A stretch of 39,717 nucleotides of DNA from Candidatus Wolfebacteria bacterium RIFCSPLOWO2_01_FULL_45_19 (GCA_001793855.1 MGIR01000002.1:9617-49333); one strand, 5' to 3'; shown: positions 28,730-38,409, counted from the stretch's first letter. A program made the numbers and translations. Notes: generated from the sequence alone by a model not told the origin.

Positions 28730-29539
28730 TTAAGTAAGAAATTTACTTATCCCCAATATTTTTTCTAAATTAAGATTTTGCGGTCTCAGATTCGGCTCTA
28801 ATCCGGTTTTTTTGATAAGTTCAATCAATTTTTCTTTTGACATTTGTCTGTATCCACCGGATAGGTTATTTATGAGGGTTTTTCTCGGCTGTTTGAACAA
28901 AATTTTTATCAATTTGTAGTAATGTTCTTGGTTTGGGGTATAGGGTTTAGGGTGTATGGTTAATTTTATAATTGCGGAGTCAACTTTTGGCGCGGGCTTG
29001 AAATATTTTTTTGAGATAAAATCAATTATTTCCGGTTTTGCCCAAAACTGGACGCTCGCGGCGAGCAAATTCATTTTTGGCGGCTGAGCGCATATTCGTT
29101 CCGCGACTTCTTTTTGAACGGTAAAAACGCAAAGCTTCGGCTTGCGCGCAAGTTCGCTTATTATTCGGAGAAGATAGCCGGTGATGTAGTATGGAATATT
29201 TCCGACCAGCTTATAGCTTTTAGCTTGTAGCTTGTAGTTTTTAATTATTTTTGGAATAACTTTCAATGCATCTCCCAAAACAGTTTCTACGTTTTTATGG
29301 TCGGCAAAAGTTTTATTTAATCTTTCCGTCAGCGCTTTATCTTTTTCAATTGCAATTATCTTCATTCCGCGTCCGTCCTCTTCTAAAAGCTTAAAGCTAA
29401 TAGCTAAAAGCTCGCGCGTGAGTTCTCCATGCCCCGGCCCGATTTCAATAATCGTCTCGCCGTTTTTTAACTCAAGCGATTGAATTATTTTTTTAATTTT
29501 TTCTTTATTAATTAAGAAATGCTGCCCAAGTCGTTTCAT
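28730..29539 (-). CDS. rsmA: 16S rRNA m6,6A dimethyltransferase KsgA
   Basis: LGQHFL, EIGPGHGELT, GNIPYYIT, QKEVAERI, F.PAPKVDSA. Confidence 0.96.
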   Translation of the reverse strand: MKRLGQHFLINKEKIKKIIQSLELKNGETIIEIGPGHGELTRELLAISFKLLEEDGRGMKIIAIEKDKALTERLNKTFADHKNVETVLGDALKVIPKIIKNYKLQAKSYKLVGNIPYYITGYLLRIISELARKPKLCVFTVQKEVAERICAQPPKMNLLAASVQFWAKPEIIDFISKKYFKPAPKVDSAIIKLTIHPKPYTPNQEHYYKLIKILFKQPRKTLINNLSGGYRQMSKEKLIELIKKTGLEPNLRPQNLNLEKILGISKFLT

Positions 29540-29554
29540 AAATTTTTACGTTCT

Positions 29555-31333
29555 TCAGTCGAAGCTGATGTATCTTTCTTCGTCGTCCAAATCGCGCGCC
29601 GGGCCGTTGTCGGTTGGAATAAATTCGGTTAGTTCCGGCGGGAGTTCGCCCAAAAACCTTGATGGCAGATTGTAAAAACTTACGCATAATTTTTTCTTCG
29701 CTCTTGTCATTGCCACATACATAAGTCGCCGTTCTTCCTCCGTTTCTTCCGGGTTGCCAAAAGACATTTGGTGCGGCAAAAGTCCCTCCGCGCACCCGGC
29801 GATAAAAACATTATCAAATTCCAGTCCTTTCGCGAGATGAATTGTTGAAAGCCGCACAACAAAATTTTTGTCGCTGGGCCGGTCCCCCGATTGCAGCAAA
29901 CTCATTCGTTCTAGAAAAGTTGGCAAGTCGGCATTTGCGGCCAGTTTCATTAATTCGCGGATATTTTCAACGCGCTCTATCGGATTGGTTGAAGCGCGTT
30001 TAATATGGGAAATATAATCCGTAGCGGTGATGAAAAACTCAATCAATTCGCTTGCCGACATCGTTTTTGCCGCCTCCGGCAACGCTTTTAAAAGTTGGCC
30101 GGATTTGTATTTTGGGAAGTTTTTCTCTATGCGTTCTTTGCTTATCGCGTCTTGTGGATTTATGGCGTAACGCAATCCCGCGGTTATATCCTTTATTTCT
30201 TTTCGCATGTGAAAGCGCAATCCGCCGAAAATTTCATAAGGAATGCCGCGCTCTACCAGCGCCTGCTCAATCGCTCGCGATTGCGCGTTGGTGCGATAGA
30301 GAATTACAGTACTTGGAATTTGGCCGGGACGGTTTTTTATTCCATATTCCAGATTCGAGATTCCAGATTCAATTTGTTTCGCTATCCACTCCGCTTCTTC
30401 GTTTTCGTCCAGCGCCTCTTTAATGGCTATTGACTCGCCTTCTGGATTTTCTGTCCAGAGATTTTTTGGTTTTTGAGATTTGTTTTTCGATATAAGCGCG
30501 CTTGCCGCGGAAATAATTGTTTTGGTTGACCTGTAATTTTGTTCAAGAAAAATTATTTTTGCGCCATCCCAATCATCTTCAAAATTAAGAAAATTGCGAA
30601 AATCCGATCCCCTGAATTTGTATATTGATTGCGCGTCGTCTCCGACGACAAAAATATTTTTGTGTTCTCCGGCTAGCAACTTTATTAGCCGATACTGGTT
30701 GGTGTTAACATCTTGATATTCATCCACCAGAACATATTTGAATCTGTCGCGATATTTTTTGAGAACCTCCGGATGCTTTTCAAAAATTCTGACTGGTTTT
30801 TCTATCAAGTCGTCAAAATCAAAGGCGTTGTTTTTTTTCATTTCATCTTCGTATCGTTCAAAAATTTTCGTGGACTTGGCGTCAAGCTCCATTTCTTCCG
30901 GAGACGACAATTCATTTTTTAGGCGTGAAATTTTTGCGGCAATGACTGCGGGATTGTATTTGTCCGTCGCGATATCCATTTTTTTCATGACGGTCTTCAG
31001 CAAACGCAGAGAATCGTCGTCGTCAAAAATTGAAAAATTCTTGTTCCTGTCCGCGAGTCGCGCTTCTTCTTTAAGAATTCTGACTCCCAAAGAATGAAAA
31101 GTGCCGACAAACGGAGAATGATTCAAGATTCTATTTCGCATCTCGCCAGCGGCCTTGTTGGTAAAAGTTATGGCGATTATGTGGCTTGGATTTATTCCCC
31201 CGGTAATAAGATTCGCAAGCAAGGTTGTCAACGTTTTGGTTTTGCCGGAACCGGCTCCGGCAACGATTAAAAGAGGGCCGTTTTTATGGCTTGCAGCTTC
31301 AAGTTGCGCGTGGTTGAGATTTTGTGTTAGCAT
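29555..31333 (-). CDS. pcrA: UvrD/PcrA superfamily 1 helicase
   Basis: Start MLTQNLNHAQ; AGAGSGKT, TFTNKAA, VDEYQD, VGDDAQSIY, LEQNYRS, YRTNAQSR, HLAKGLEF, EERRLMYVAMTRA. Confidence 0.95.
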   Translation of the reverse strand: MLTQNLNHAQLEAASHKNGPLLIVAGAGSGKTKTLTTLLANLITGGINPSHIIAITFTNKAAGEMRNRILNHSPFVGTFHSLGVRILKEEARLADRNKNFSIFDDDDSLRLLKTVMKKMDIATDKYNPAVIAAKISRLKNELSSPEEMELDAKSTKIFERYEDEMKKNNAFDFDDLIEKPVRIFEKHPEVLKKYRDRFKYVLVDEYQDVNTNQYRLIKLLAGEHKNIFVVGDDAQSIYKFRGSDFRNFLNFEDDWDGAKIIFLEQNYRSTKTIISAASALISKNKSQKPKNLWTENPEGESIAIKEALDENEEAEWIAKQIESGISNLEYGIKNRPGQIPSTVILYRTNAQSRAIEQALVERGIPYEIFGGLRFHMRKEIKDITAGLRYAINPQDAISKERIEKNFPKYKSGQLLKALPEAAKTMSASELIEFFITATDYISHIKRASTNPIERVENIRELMKLAANADLPTFLERMSLLQSGDRPSDKNFVVRLSTIHLAKGLEFDNVFIAGCAEGLLPHQMSFGNPEETEEERRLMYVAMTRAKKKLCVSFYNLPSRFLGELPPELTEFIPTDNGPARDLDDEERYISFD

Positions 31334-31349
31334 AAATTGTGTTGTTTTG

Positions 31350-31655
31350 ATGATTATTGACCACTGGCGAAGAGTTCGGAACGGCCTTACAAACGAATAT
31401 TTGATAGCTATTCTTCTTATTTTTTTTACAGCCACAGCAAACTGGCTGTTTCCTTATTATTATGCGGTCGAGCCGGTTAATCAATCTTTTGGCGTTGACT
31501 TTGAGTCATTCGGCGGTCCGGTTTCATATGACTTATCCACAGGTTATCAAGATGGATTAACGAGTTTTTACGGTGGAATTATTAATGATGGCGGATTGGA
31601 CTTTGGCGGCGGTCTAATTGACGGTTCTTCAATTTTAAATATGCCGAATCTCTAA
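31350..31655 (+). CDS. Possible small membrane-anchored Gly/Asp-rich protein
   Basis: Fills the gap between pcrA and comM; one TM then acidic Gly-rich tail; only 16 nt from the divergent pcrA start. Confidence 0.4.
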   Translation: MIIDHWRRVRNGLTNEYLIAILLIFFTATANWLFPYYYAVEPVNQSFGVDFESFGGPVSYDLSTGYQDGLTSFYGGIINDGGLDFGGGLIDGSSILNMPNL

Positions 31656-31658
31656 ATA

Positions 31659-33197
31659 TTAATTCTTGTCTTTTAGTTTATAGTTGAACGCTTCGGAAAG
31701 ATGTTCGCTTGTAACCGATTCGGAGTTTTCCAGATCTGCTATTGTCCTTGCGGTTTTTAGCATGCGGTAATATCCGCGCGCTGATATGAATGACTTGTCC
31801 AAAACCATTTTCATAAACGAGTCGGCTTCGGGAGCAAGATGGATAAGCTCGTCGCATTGCTTGGAGGTCATATCTGAATTCGTATAAATTTTGTTTTTTA
31901 ATTTTTTAAAACGTTCTTTTTGAATTTGTCTCGCGAGTTTTATTTTTTCGCGCAATGTGTCGCCCTCTTTTGTTTCGGAGGCGCCCCTCAGTGTTTCTAT
32001 TTTAATTCGCGGCACTTCCACCTGCATATCTATTCGGTCAAGAAGCGGTCCGGAAATTTTTTTGCCGTAACGAAGAGTTTCATTGGCGGTGCATCTGCAT
32101 TCTTTTTCGGCATCTCCGAGGTAGCCACACGGACATGGATTCATTGCCGCGGCTAGAGTAAATTTCGCAGGAAGTTCAAGATTATGCTTCGCGCGGGAAA
32201 TATGTATCGCGCCAGATTCAAGCGGTTGTCTCAATGCCTCAAGAACATCGCGATGAAATTCCGGAAGTTCGTCTAGAAATAAAACGCCGCGATGCGCCAA
32301 GCTTATTTCTCCCGGGCGCGGATTTGTACCGCCACCTACCATTGCCGCGAGCGACGCGCTGTGGTGCGGGCTACGGAAGGGTCGTCGAAACATCAAGCTG
32401 TCTTCTTTAAGCATGCCGGCTGCGCTATAAATTTGGTTTATTTCTATGAGTTCGTCCATTTCAAGCGGCGGCAATATTGACATCAGCGCTTGCGCGAGCA
32501 TTGTTTTTCCTGAACCTGGCGGACCGCTCATTAAGATATTGTGTCCGCCGGCGGCTGCTATCGCCAAGGCGCGCTTGGCGTTCATCTGCCCCTTTATGTG
32601 ATTTATATCGTATGAAACTTCCTCGGTTTTCGGCATGATCCGCGTGTGTGTTTGCGGCTCTATAACCTTTTTATTTTCAAGATGAGCGATTATTTCTTGA
32701 ATGTTTTTTATTGGAATTACTTTAACTTTGTTGATAAGCGCGGCTTCGGCGGCGTTTGCGTGAGGGATGAAAATCTCGGAAAAATTTTTGTTTTTGGCCA
32801 ATGACGCGATGTTAAGCGCGCCGCTTATCGGCCGAAGCTCGCCGTCAAGCGACAGCTCTCCCGCGAAAATTTTGCCGCGAGTGTCAAATTCTTCTATTTG
32901 CTTGGTGGCGAGAAGATAACCTACGGTTATTGCGAGGTCATATTGCGAGCCGGTTTTTTTTACGTCAGCCGGAGCGAGATTGACCGTGATTTTTCGGTTT
33001 TCCTTGGTTGGCGGTTTGATGCCGCTGTTTTTAAGAGCAGAGCTTATACGTTCGCGTGATTCGGAAAGGGCTTTGTCCGCCAGGCCCACGATATTAAAAC
33101 TATGAAGGCCGACATTGATGTCGGTCTCCACTTCAATCAGCTTCGCTTTTATGCCGTCCAGTTCGGCGGAATAAACCTTAGATAGATTTTTGGCCAT
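31659..33197 (-). CDS. comM: YifB/ComM Mg-chelatase-like AAA+ ATPase
   Basis: VGLADK..ESRER, NLAPAD..K.G...DL, GPPGSGKTMLA, FRSPHHS, GEISLAHRGVLFLDE, AMNPCPCG, SGPLLDRID. Confidence 0.95.
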   Translation of the reverse strand: MAKNLSKVYSAELDGIKAKLIEVETDINVGLHSFNIVGLADKALSESRERISSALKNSGIKPPTKENRKITVNLAPADVKKTGSQYDLAITVGYLLATKQIEEFDTRGKIFAGELSLDGELRPISGALNIASLAKNKNFSEIFIPHANAAEAALINKVKVIPIKNIQEIIAHLENKKVIEPQTHTRIMPKTEEVSYDINHIKGQMNAKRALAIAAAGGHNILMSGPPGSGKTMLAQALMSILPPLEMDELIEINQIYSAAGMLKEDSLMFRRPFRSPHHSASLAAMVGGGTNPRPGEISLAHRGVLFLDELPEFHRDVLEALRQPLESGAIHISRAKHNLELPAKFTLAAAMNPCPCGYLGDAEKECRCTANETLRYGKKISGPLLDRIDMQVEVPRIKIETLRGASETKEGDTLREKIKLARQIQKERFKKLKNKIYTNSDMTSKQCDELIHLAPEADSFMKMVLDKSFISARGYYRMLKTARTIADLENSESVTSEHLSEAFNYKLKDKN

Positions 33198-33531
33198 GTT
33201 TGCAATTTTTGCACAGCCGTGATTCCGGACTTGCTTCAAGAACGTCCATGTCTATTTCCTTTCCGCATTCTTCACAGTTGCCGTACGTTCCCAATCCAAT
33301 CTTTCTGAGCGAGGAGTCAATGTCACCGAGTCGCTCTTTTATGGCGTTGGCTATACTGACGTTGGTCGTCAATTCTTCCGCCTCGTCGGCTTCTTCGTCA
33401 AAATGGTCGACGTCGCTTCCAAAGTCGGGAAGTTTATCCGGATTTAGTTCTTTTAATTCGGCTTCAAGGCTCGCCTTTTCTTTTTCAAGCTTATTTTTAA
33501 AATTGTCCAATCGTTCTTTAGAAAGCGGCAT
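33178..33531 (-). CDS. TraR/DksA family C4 zinc-finger protein
   Basis: Coiled coil with EEADEA; GTYGNCEECG...LCKNC. Confidence 0.88.
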   Translation of the reverse strand: MPLSKERLDNFKNKLEKEKASLEAELKELNPDKLPDFGSDVDHFDEEADEAEELTTNVSIANAIKERLGDIDSSLRKIGLGTYGNCEECGKEIDMDVLEASPESRLCKNCKHGQKSI

Positions 33532-33593
33532 TAAAAAGAGATTAAACAAAAAAAGGGCTCTGGTCAAGCCCCGTCAAGCCCCTCCTTCTTGAT

Positions 33594-34607
33594 TCACAGT
33601 CCTAATCGGTTTGCTGCTTCTTGGACGCCGCCGAAAGAAGAGCTTATAAGAAAGTAATTGCTGATGATGCCGTAATTTAACGAAGCTCCGGCTACTTCAA
33701 ATGGCAGATACTTCGTGGCGGTTCCTTTTATTTGGCCGCTTAGAAATATTGCCGAGGTCGGATTTTGCGGGTCGGCTATATAAATATTTTTAAGCATTGA
33801 TACTGCTACGGTTTCAAGTTTTTCAACGATTGTTTGCGTTTCAAAAAGTATGGCCGTAGTTTTTAATTTAAAGATGAATCCTGGCCATACGCCGTTCTGG
33901 TCGTAATAAAGGTAAGCCGTGAAATCGTCCTCAAAATTCGTGCTTGTCTCTTCCTGGGTGAGAATTGGCAATAATGCTGATAGAAATTCAGGGGCGATAA
34001 TCAAACCGGCTTGCGTTTCAAAAACAATTTCCTTGACACCGTTGGCGTCAAGCGTTTGCATGGCGGAAACGGCCATGGCCTCTCTTATGTTCTCGATTGT
34101 AACGGTGGCTATGACCAGAGGTTCCAATTGATTTGCCGGAGACGTGAAAAATGATCGGTGAACTAAACTGGGCGCAGGCGTTTCTGCCGGCTCTAATCCT
34201 TCAACCAGAGGAGGAATCAGCGGGGCTGACGGAAGCGGTTCTTGAATTGCCGGTAATTCCGGTTGAGATGGGAATATTAACGGATAGACGAAGTAATATC
34301 CCAAAAATCCAAACCCAGTAATTAATATTATTATTCCGGCGATTAACCCTGCTGTTTTGGTCCATTTGGAAATTTCACTTTTTTCCGGCTCTCCAGAGTC
34401 CATAGGCGTTGGAGGAGTAAATATTGGTTCCTCTTCCGGCTCAGGAATTTTAAGCTCTCCGGGCTTGACCGGTTGAGGTATAGGTGTTCCACCAGAGGAT
34501 TGCATTGATTGCCTGTCCGACTCCATCGTGCGGATGGTAATCGGCGGAGGTGGGGGCGGCTGAACTGGTTCTCTGTTAAAATTATTAGAATTATATGGTT
34601 CTGCCAT
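33594..34607 (-). CDS. Single-pass membrane hypothetical protein, Pro-rich
   Basis: IRTMESD motif, one TM, extracellular domain. Confidence 0.75.
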   Translation of the reverse strand: MAEPYNSNNFNREPVQPPPPPPITIRTMESDRQSMQSSGGTPIPQPVKPGELKIPEPEEEPIFTPPTPMDSGEPEKSEISKWTKTAGLIAGIIILITGFGFLGYYFVYPLIFPSQPELPAIQEPLPSAPLIPPLVEGLEPAETPAPSLVHRSFFTSPANQLEPLVIATVTIENIREAMAVSAMQTLDANGVKEIVFETQAGLIIAPEFLSALLPILTQEETSTNFEDDFTAYLYYDQNGVWPGFIFKLKTTAILFETQTIVEKLETVAVSMLKNIYIADPQNPTSAIFLSGQIKGTATKYLPFEVAGASLNYGIISNYFLISSSFGGVQEAANRLGL

Positions 34608-34654
34608 ACATTTTATCGTAGCACACAATTTTGTGTGGCGGTTGTGGAAAACTT

Positions 34655-34928
34655 TAGGAGCGCAGGATACGAACCAGAATCAATTGAGCGGAGCGAATTT
34701 GGACAAGATTCAAGGCGCGAGGAGCGATGCGTATCTTTAGATACGTGAGCGACGAGCAACGCAGAAGATTGGTCAAATTCGTCCGCCCGAAGGGAAGCTC
34801 GGAAATGGCCAATTTCTTCGTTGCTCCTCCTCGGCGTATCGCAGAGGATACGCTTTCGTCGTCGCGCCTCGAACTCGTCTCATTTCCGAGCTTCTCAAGC
34901 TGACTCTGGTTCGTATTCTGCGCTCCTA
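34655..34928. repeat. 274-bp inverted-repeat (MITE/REP-doublet-like) element
   Basis: 28-bp terminal arms 34655-34682 / 34901-34928 (26/28); two inverted homologous internal units; partial second copy at 39130-39194. Confidence 0.85.
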
Positions 34929-37015
34929 TCCAACGCTTTGATTGAAAGCGAGAGTTTGCCGTCTTCCATTCTGATTATTTTCGCGCGCACGGATTGGCCG
35001 AGTTTTAGCACGTCTGAGACATTTTTAACAAACCCATTTTTTAGTTCGGATACATGTATCATCCCGTCTTTATTGAGCCCTATGTCAACTATCGCTCCGA
35101 AATCCATTATTCTTGAAACCGTTCCTTCAACTATGTCGCCGACGCGATATTCTTTAACTATTGATTTTATGATTTCAACGGCTTTTTCGCATGCGCTCAT
35201 GTCGGTTCCGGAAACAAAAACCATGCCGTCTTCTTCAATGTCTATGCTTGCAACCCCGGTATCGGCAACTATGCCGTTTATTATTTTGCCCCCAGGACCT
35301 ATTACTTCTCCGATTTTCTTGGGGTCAATATTGAGCGTCAGAATTTTCGGAGCGTAAGGCGAAAGTTCCGGGCGCGGCGAAGCAAGGACCGCGTTGACGG
35401 TTTGAAGTATATGAAGCCGCGCTTTTTTCGCTTGTTCCAGGACTTTTTCAAGCATTTCAATCGTCACTCCCTCTATTTTTACGTCCATTTGAATCGCGGT
35501 TACGCCGTCGGCCGTCCCGGCTACTTTGAAATCCATATCGCCATGATGGTCTTCCGGGCCTTGTATGTCTGTTAGAATTTTATATTTTTGTTCTCCGAGA
35601 ATTAATCCCATCGCTATTCCGGCCGCGGGTTTTTTAAGCGGTACCCCGGCGTCCATAAGAGAAAGAGAGCTGGCGCAAACCGTTGCCATTGAAGATGAGC
35701 CGTTTGAAGAAAGTATTTCCGACACGACGCGTATAGTGTATGGAAATTTTTCTTGCGCGGGAATAAGCGGTCTGAGCGCTTTTTCCGCCAGGGCGCCGTG
35801 GCCGATGTCTCTTCTACCCGGTCCGCGGAACGAGCCGGTTTCGCCAACCGAATATTTTGGAAAATTGTAATGCAACATAAAACGTCTATTGTCGGTTGTT
35901 TCCATTGTTTCAACAAGCTGCGCCGCTCCGGGAGGGCCGAGAGTAGTCATCGCGAGAGCTTGAGTGTTTCCGCGAATAAACAAAGCCGAGCCGTGCGTTC
36001 TTTTGAAAAGACCGGCTTCCGCCGTAAGGGCTCTCACCTCGTCCAATTTTCGTCCGTCCGGCCTCGCTTCCTCTTCCAGTATTTTTTTGTGGAGTAGTTC
36101 GTTTATCTCCTCTTCAAAAAGTTCATCAACCGCCTGTAGTTGCTTTTCCGAAAATTCGCGGCCATTCAAAAGGTCTATGAGCTCATGTTTCAGAGTGTTG
36201 ATTTTGCTGTGCTGTTCGTGGTCTTTCGGGGCATAAATAACTTCTTCAAGCTTGTCGGCCAGAAATTCTTTCACTGCTTTCTTGGTTTCATGATCCGGTT
36301 CAACAAGATAAACATCCGTTTTTTCTTTTCCTATTTCTTCGGCTATCTTAGTTTGAAACTCAATAAGTTTTTTTATTTCTTTTTGCGAGGCTTTAAAGGC
36401 GTCAATGATTTCGCCGTGTTCGGCTTCGTCTCCGGAAAGCTCAAGCATGTTTATTTTATTTTTCAGCCCGGAAACGAACGCCTCAAGTTTTGCTTCGGAT
36501 TTTTTCAACTCGCCAATCTTTGGATTGATGGCAATATCGCTGTTAATTTTGGCAACTTTCACTCCCGCAACCGGACCACTCCATGGAATATCAGAAATGG
36601 CGAGGGCGGTTGATGCGCCAATTAAGGCCGGAAAATCCGGGTCGTTTTCTTCATCATACGCAAGAACTGTTACCGCCACATGAACGTCACGGCGCATGCG
36701 ATGGTCAAAAAGCGGCCTAATGGTTCTGTCTATCAAGCGTCCGGATAGAGTCGCTTCATCGGACGGTCTGCCTTCGCGGCGCACAAATCGACTGCCTAGT
36801 ATTTTTCCGACGGCGTAGAATTTCTCTTCATAATCAACCGTGAGCGGAAAAAAATCGGTATCACGGTCTTTAACTCCCATCACCGCGGTTACAAGAATCG
36901 CCGTATCCCCATATCGCGCTAAAACCGCCGCGTTTGCGCGCCCGGCCAGTTCCGATATTTCCAATTCAAGCGGCCTACCCGCGACATCTATTGAATATTG
37001 TTTACGATTTAACAT
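34895..37015 (-). CDS. pnp: Polyribonucleotide nucleotidyltransferase
   Basis: FFPLTVDY, RLIDRTIRPLF, RPDGR, HGSALF.RG.TQ, SNGSSSMA, GDMDFKVAGT, KH and S1 domains. Confidence 0.98.
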   Translation of the reverse strand: MLNRKQYSIDVAGRPLELEISELAGRANAAVLARYGDTAILVTAVMGVKDRDTDFFPLTVDYEEKFYAVGKILGSRFVRREGRPSDEATLSGRLIDRTIRPLFDHRMRRDVHVAVTVLAYDEENDPDFPALIGASTALAISDIPWSGPVAGVKVAKINSDIAINPKIGELKKSEAKLEAFVSGLKNKINMLELSGDEAEHGEIIDAFKASQKEIKKLIEFQTKIAEEIGKEKTDVYLVEPDHETKKAVKEFLADKLEEVIYAPKDHEQHSKINTLKHELIDLLNGREFSEKQLQAVDELFEEEINELLHKKILEEEARPDGRKLDEVRALTAEAGLFKRTHGSALFIRGNTQALAMTTLGPPGAAQLVETMETTDNRRFMLHYNFPKYSVGETGSFRGPGRRDIGHGALAEKALRPLIPAQEKFPYTIRVVSEILSSNGSSSMATVCASSLSLMDAGVPLKKPAAGIAMGLILGEQKYKILTDIQGPEDHHGDMDFKVAGTADGVTAIQMDVKIEGVTIEMLEKVLEQAKKARLHILQTVNAVLASPRPELSPYAPKILTLNIDPKKIGEVIGPGGKIINGIVADTGVASIDIEEDGMVFVSGTDMSACEKAVEIIKSIVKEYRVGDIVEGTVSRIMDFGAIVDIGLNKDGMIHVSELKNGFVKNVSDVLKLGQSVRAKIIRMEDGKLSLSIKALDRSAEYEPESA

Positions 37016-37070
37016 GTTGTATAACTTAAGAACGGTGGTCTTTCGTTCTTAGCGTTCTTTGGTCCTTCGC

Positions 37071-37619
37071 TTATTTTTTTATAATTATCTTCGGAATTTC
37101 CTCCAAATTAATAAAAGTATCGGCCTCTTCTTTTAATTTTCCAGAAGCGCTTCTTCCAAACGCAGCGACTTCAACTTGCCTGCCCAATCCCCATTTTAGA
37201 TATTCAACCAGAGGAACAAAATCGCCGTCTCCGGTAACAAGAATTATGACGTCAAGAAAATCTGCCATTCGTATGGCATCAACCGCCATGCCCACGTCCC
37301 AGTCGGCTTTTTTCATTCCGCCCGGATAAATTTGGAGGTCTTTTATTCTAAGTTCGAGGCCGGCGTTTTCAAGCGCCTCAAAAAAGGCGGCTTCGCGACC
37401 CTGCGGAACCACGCTGACAACTCCGTCAATCCCCTCGCTCTTTACTACGTATGCTACGGCGCGGATTAATTTCCTGCCGCCAATCAGCTCTTTGATGAGT
37501 TCGCGATAATTAACGCGCCCCTGATATAAATGTTTTGCGGAATGATAAAGATTTTGTATGTCTATAAAAATACCGACACGCTGTTCTTCTTTATGTTGCC
37601 GCGATTTATTTGCTGACAT
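37071..37619 (-). CDS. NYN domain protein (LabA/DUF88, PIN-like)
   Basis: FIDIQNLY, KADWDVGMAVD, TGDGDFVPLV. Confidence 0.9.
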   Translation of the reverse strand: MSANKSRQHKEEQRVGIFIDIQNLYHSAKHLYQGRVNYRELIKELIGGRKLIRAVAYVVKSEGIDGVVSVVPQGREAAFFEALENAGLELRIKDLQIYPGGMKKADWDVGMAVDAIRMADFLDVIILVTGDGDFVPLVEYLKWGLGRQVEVAAFGRSASGKLKEEADTFINLEEIPKIIIKK

Positions 37620-37621
37620 TT

Positions 37622-37888
37622 TTATTTTTTCAACCCAAGACTTCTTACCAGAGTATTATACGCTTTTGGATTTTTTTTTGACAAATAGTCAAGCAGTTTT
37701 TTTCTTTTGCTGACCATTTTTAGAAGACCGCGCCTGGAATGGTTGTCCTTTTTATTTTTTTTGAGATGGCTTGCGAGTTCTTCTATGCGCCGGCCAAGAA
37801 TGGAAATTTGTACTTCCGGAGAGCCGGTGTCCGTTTCGTGCCTTTGGTGCGCTTTCAGTATATTAAGTTTTTTTCTAGTAGTAAGCAT
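37622..37888 (-). CDS. rpsO: 30S ribosomal protein S15
   Basis: Start MLTTRKK; DTGSPEVQI, HLKKNKKDNHSRRGLLKMV. Confidence 0.97.
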   Translation of the reverse strand: MLTTRKKLNILKAHQRHETDTGSPEVQISILGRRIEELASHLKKNKKDNHSRRGLLKMVSKRKKLLDYLSKKNPKAYNTLVRSLGLKK

Positions 37889-37897
37889 GATTAAAAA

Positions 37898-37926
37898 AGT
37901 ATAATAAATTCTTATAAAAAAGTCAA
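37898..37926 (-). promoter_or_regulatory. rpsO promoter
   Basis: TTGACT (37926-37921), 17 nt, TATACT (37903-37898). Confidence 0.7.
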
Positions 37927-37947
37927 CTTTTTGACTCGTCGCTTGCA

Positions 37948-37988
37948 TGCTCTTCAGAACCGGGTGTCTGCTCCAGCTGAAGATACCC
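37948..37988 (-). repeat. Partial copy (3' third) of the yraN-flanking structured element
   Basis: Minus strand GGGTATCTT-CAGCTGGAG-CAGACACCC-GGTTCTGAAGAGCA. Confidence 0.7.
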
Positions 37989-38016
37989 AATAGTTTTTCG
38001 CGGGTCCTGCCGCATC

Positions 38017-38158
38017 GCGCCGCCTGTATTCCTCTCGGAACCGAGGTCGGCTTACTCCAGCGGTAAGCCGCCTCTACGCTCTCAGCGAAAAACTTTTGCT
38101 TCGCAAAAGACCAAGCTTTTTCGCTTCCGAGAGTTTCCTCAAGAAACACAGGCGGCGC
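38017..38158 (-). repeat. Structured element, copy X1
   Basis: Closing stem GCGCCGCCTGT/ACAGGCGGCGC; junction motifs shared with 38177-38315. Confidence 0.85.
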
Positions 38159-38176
38159 TTATATTAGTTAAACCGA

Positions 38177-38315
38177 ACCCGTCCTGCTCTGAAGAAGCTC
38201 TCGGAGCTCCGATGGCTTGGTCTCCCCGACCGCGGTCGGGGAGCATCGGAGCGAGAGTGCAGCGGTCGTCTGCCGCCGGAGCAGACGAACCGCGGTTCTG
38301 AAGAGTAGGACGGGT
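38177..38315 (+). repeat. Structured element, copy Y
   Basis: Closing stem ACCCGTCCTGCTCT/AGAGTAGGACGGGT; same architecture as X1 with different stems. Confidence 0.85.
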
Positions 38316-38409
38316 GAGGTGCTACTTAGAGGAATACAGGCGACGCGCTAATGAGCGAACTTATATTTTCAACCTGCGCAGGCCTATGTAAAGAGTGCGG
38401 GTATGCAAG

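Noticed and set aside
280-37904. Numerous short antisense or alternate-frame ORFs in the track
   Set aside because: They shadow well-supported genes and carry no independent motifs.
37889-38149. N-terminal extension of S15 in the ORF track
   Set aside because: It runs through non-coding repeats; S15 homology and a promoter place the start at 37888.
38186-38305. CTGAAGA in copy Y as a hammerhead ribozyme core
   Set aside because: The homologous copy has TTGAGGA, there is no properly placed GAAA, and these bases pair as a tandem-GA helix.
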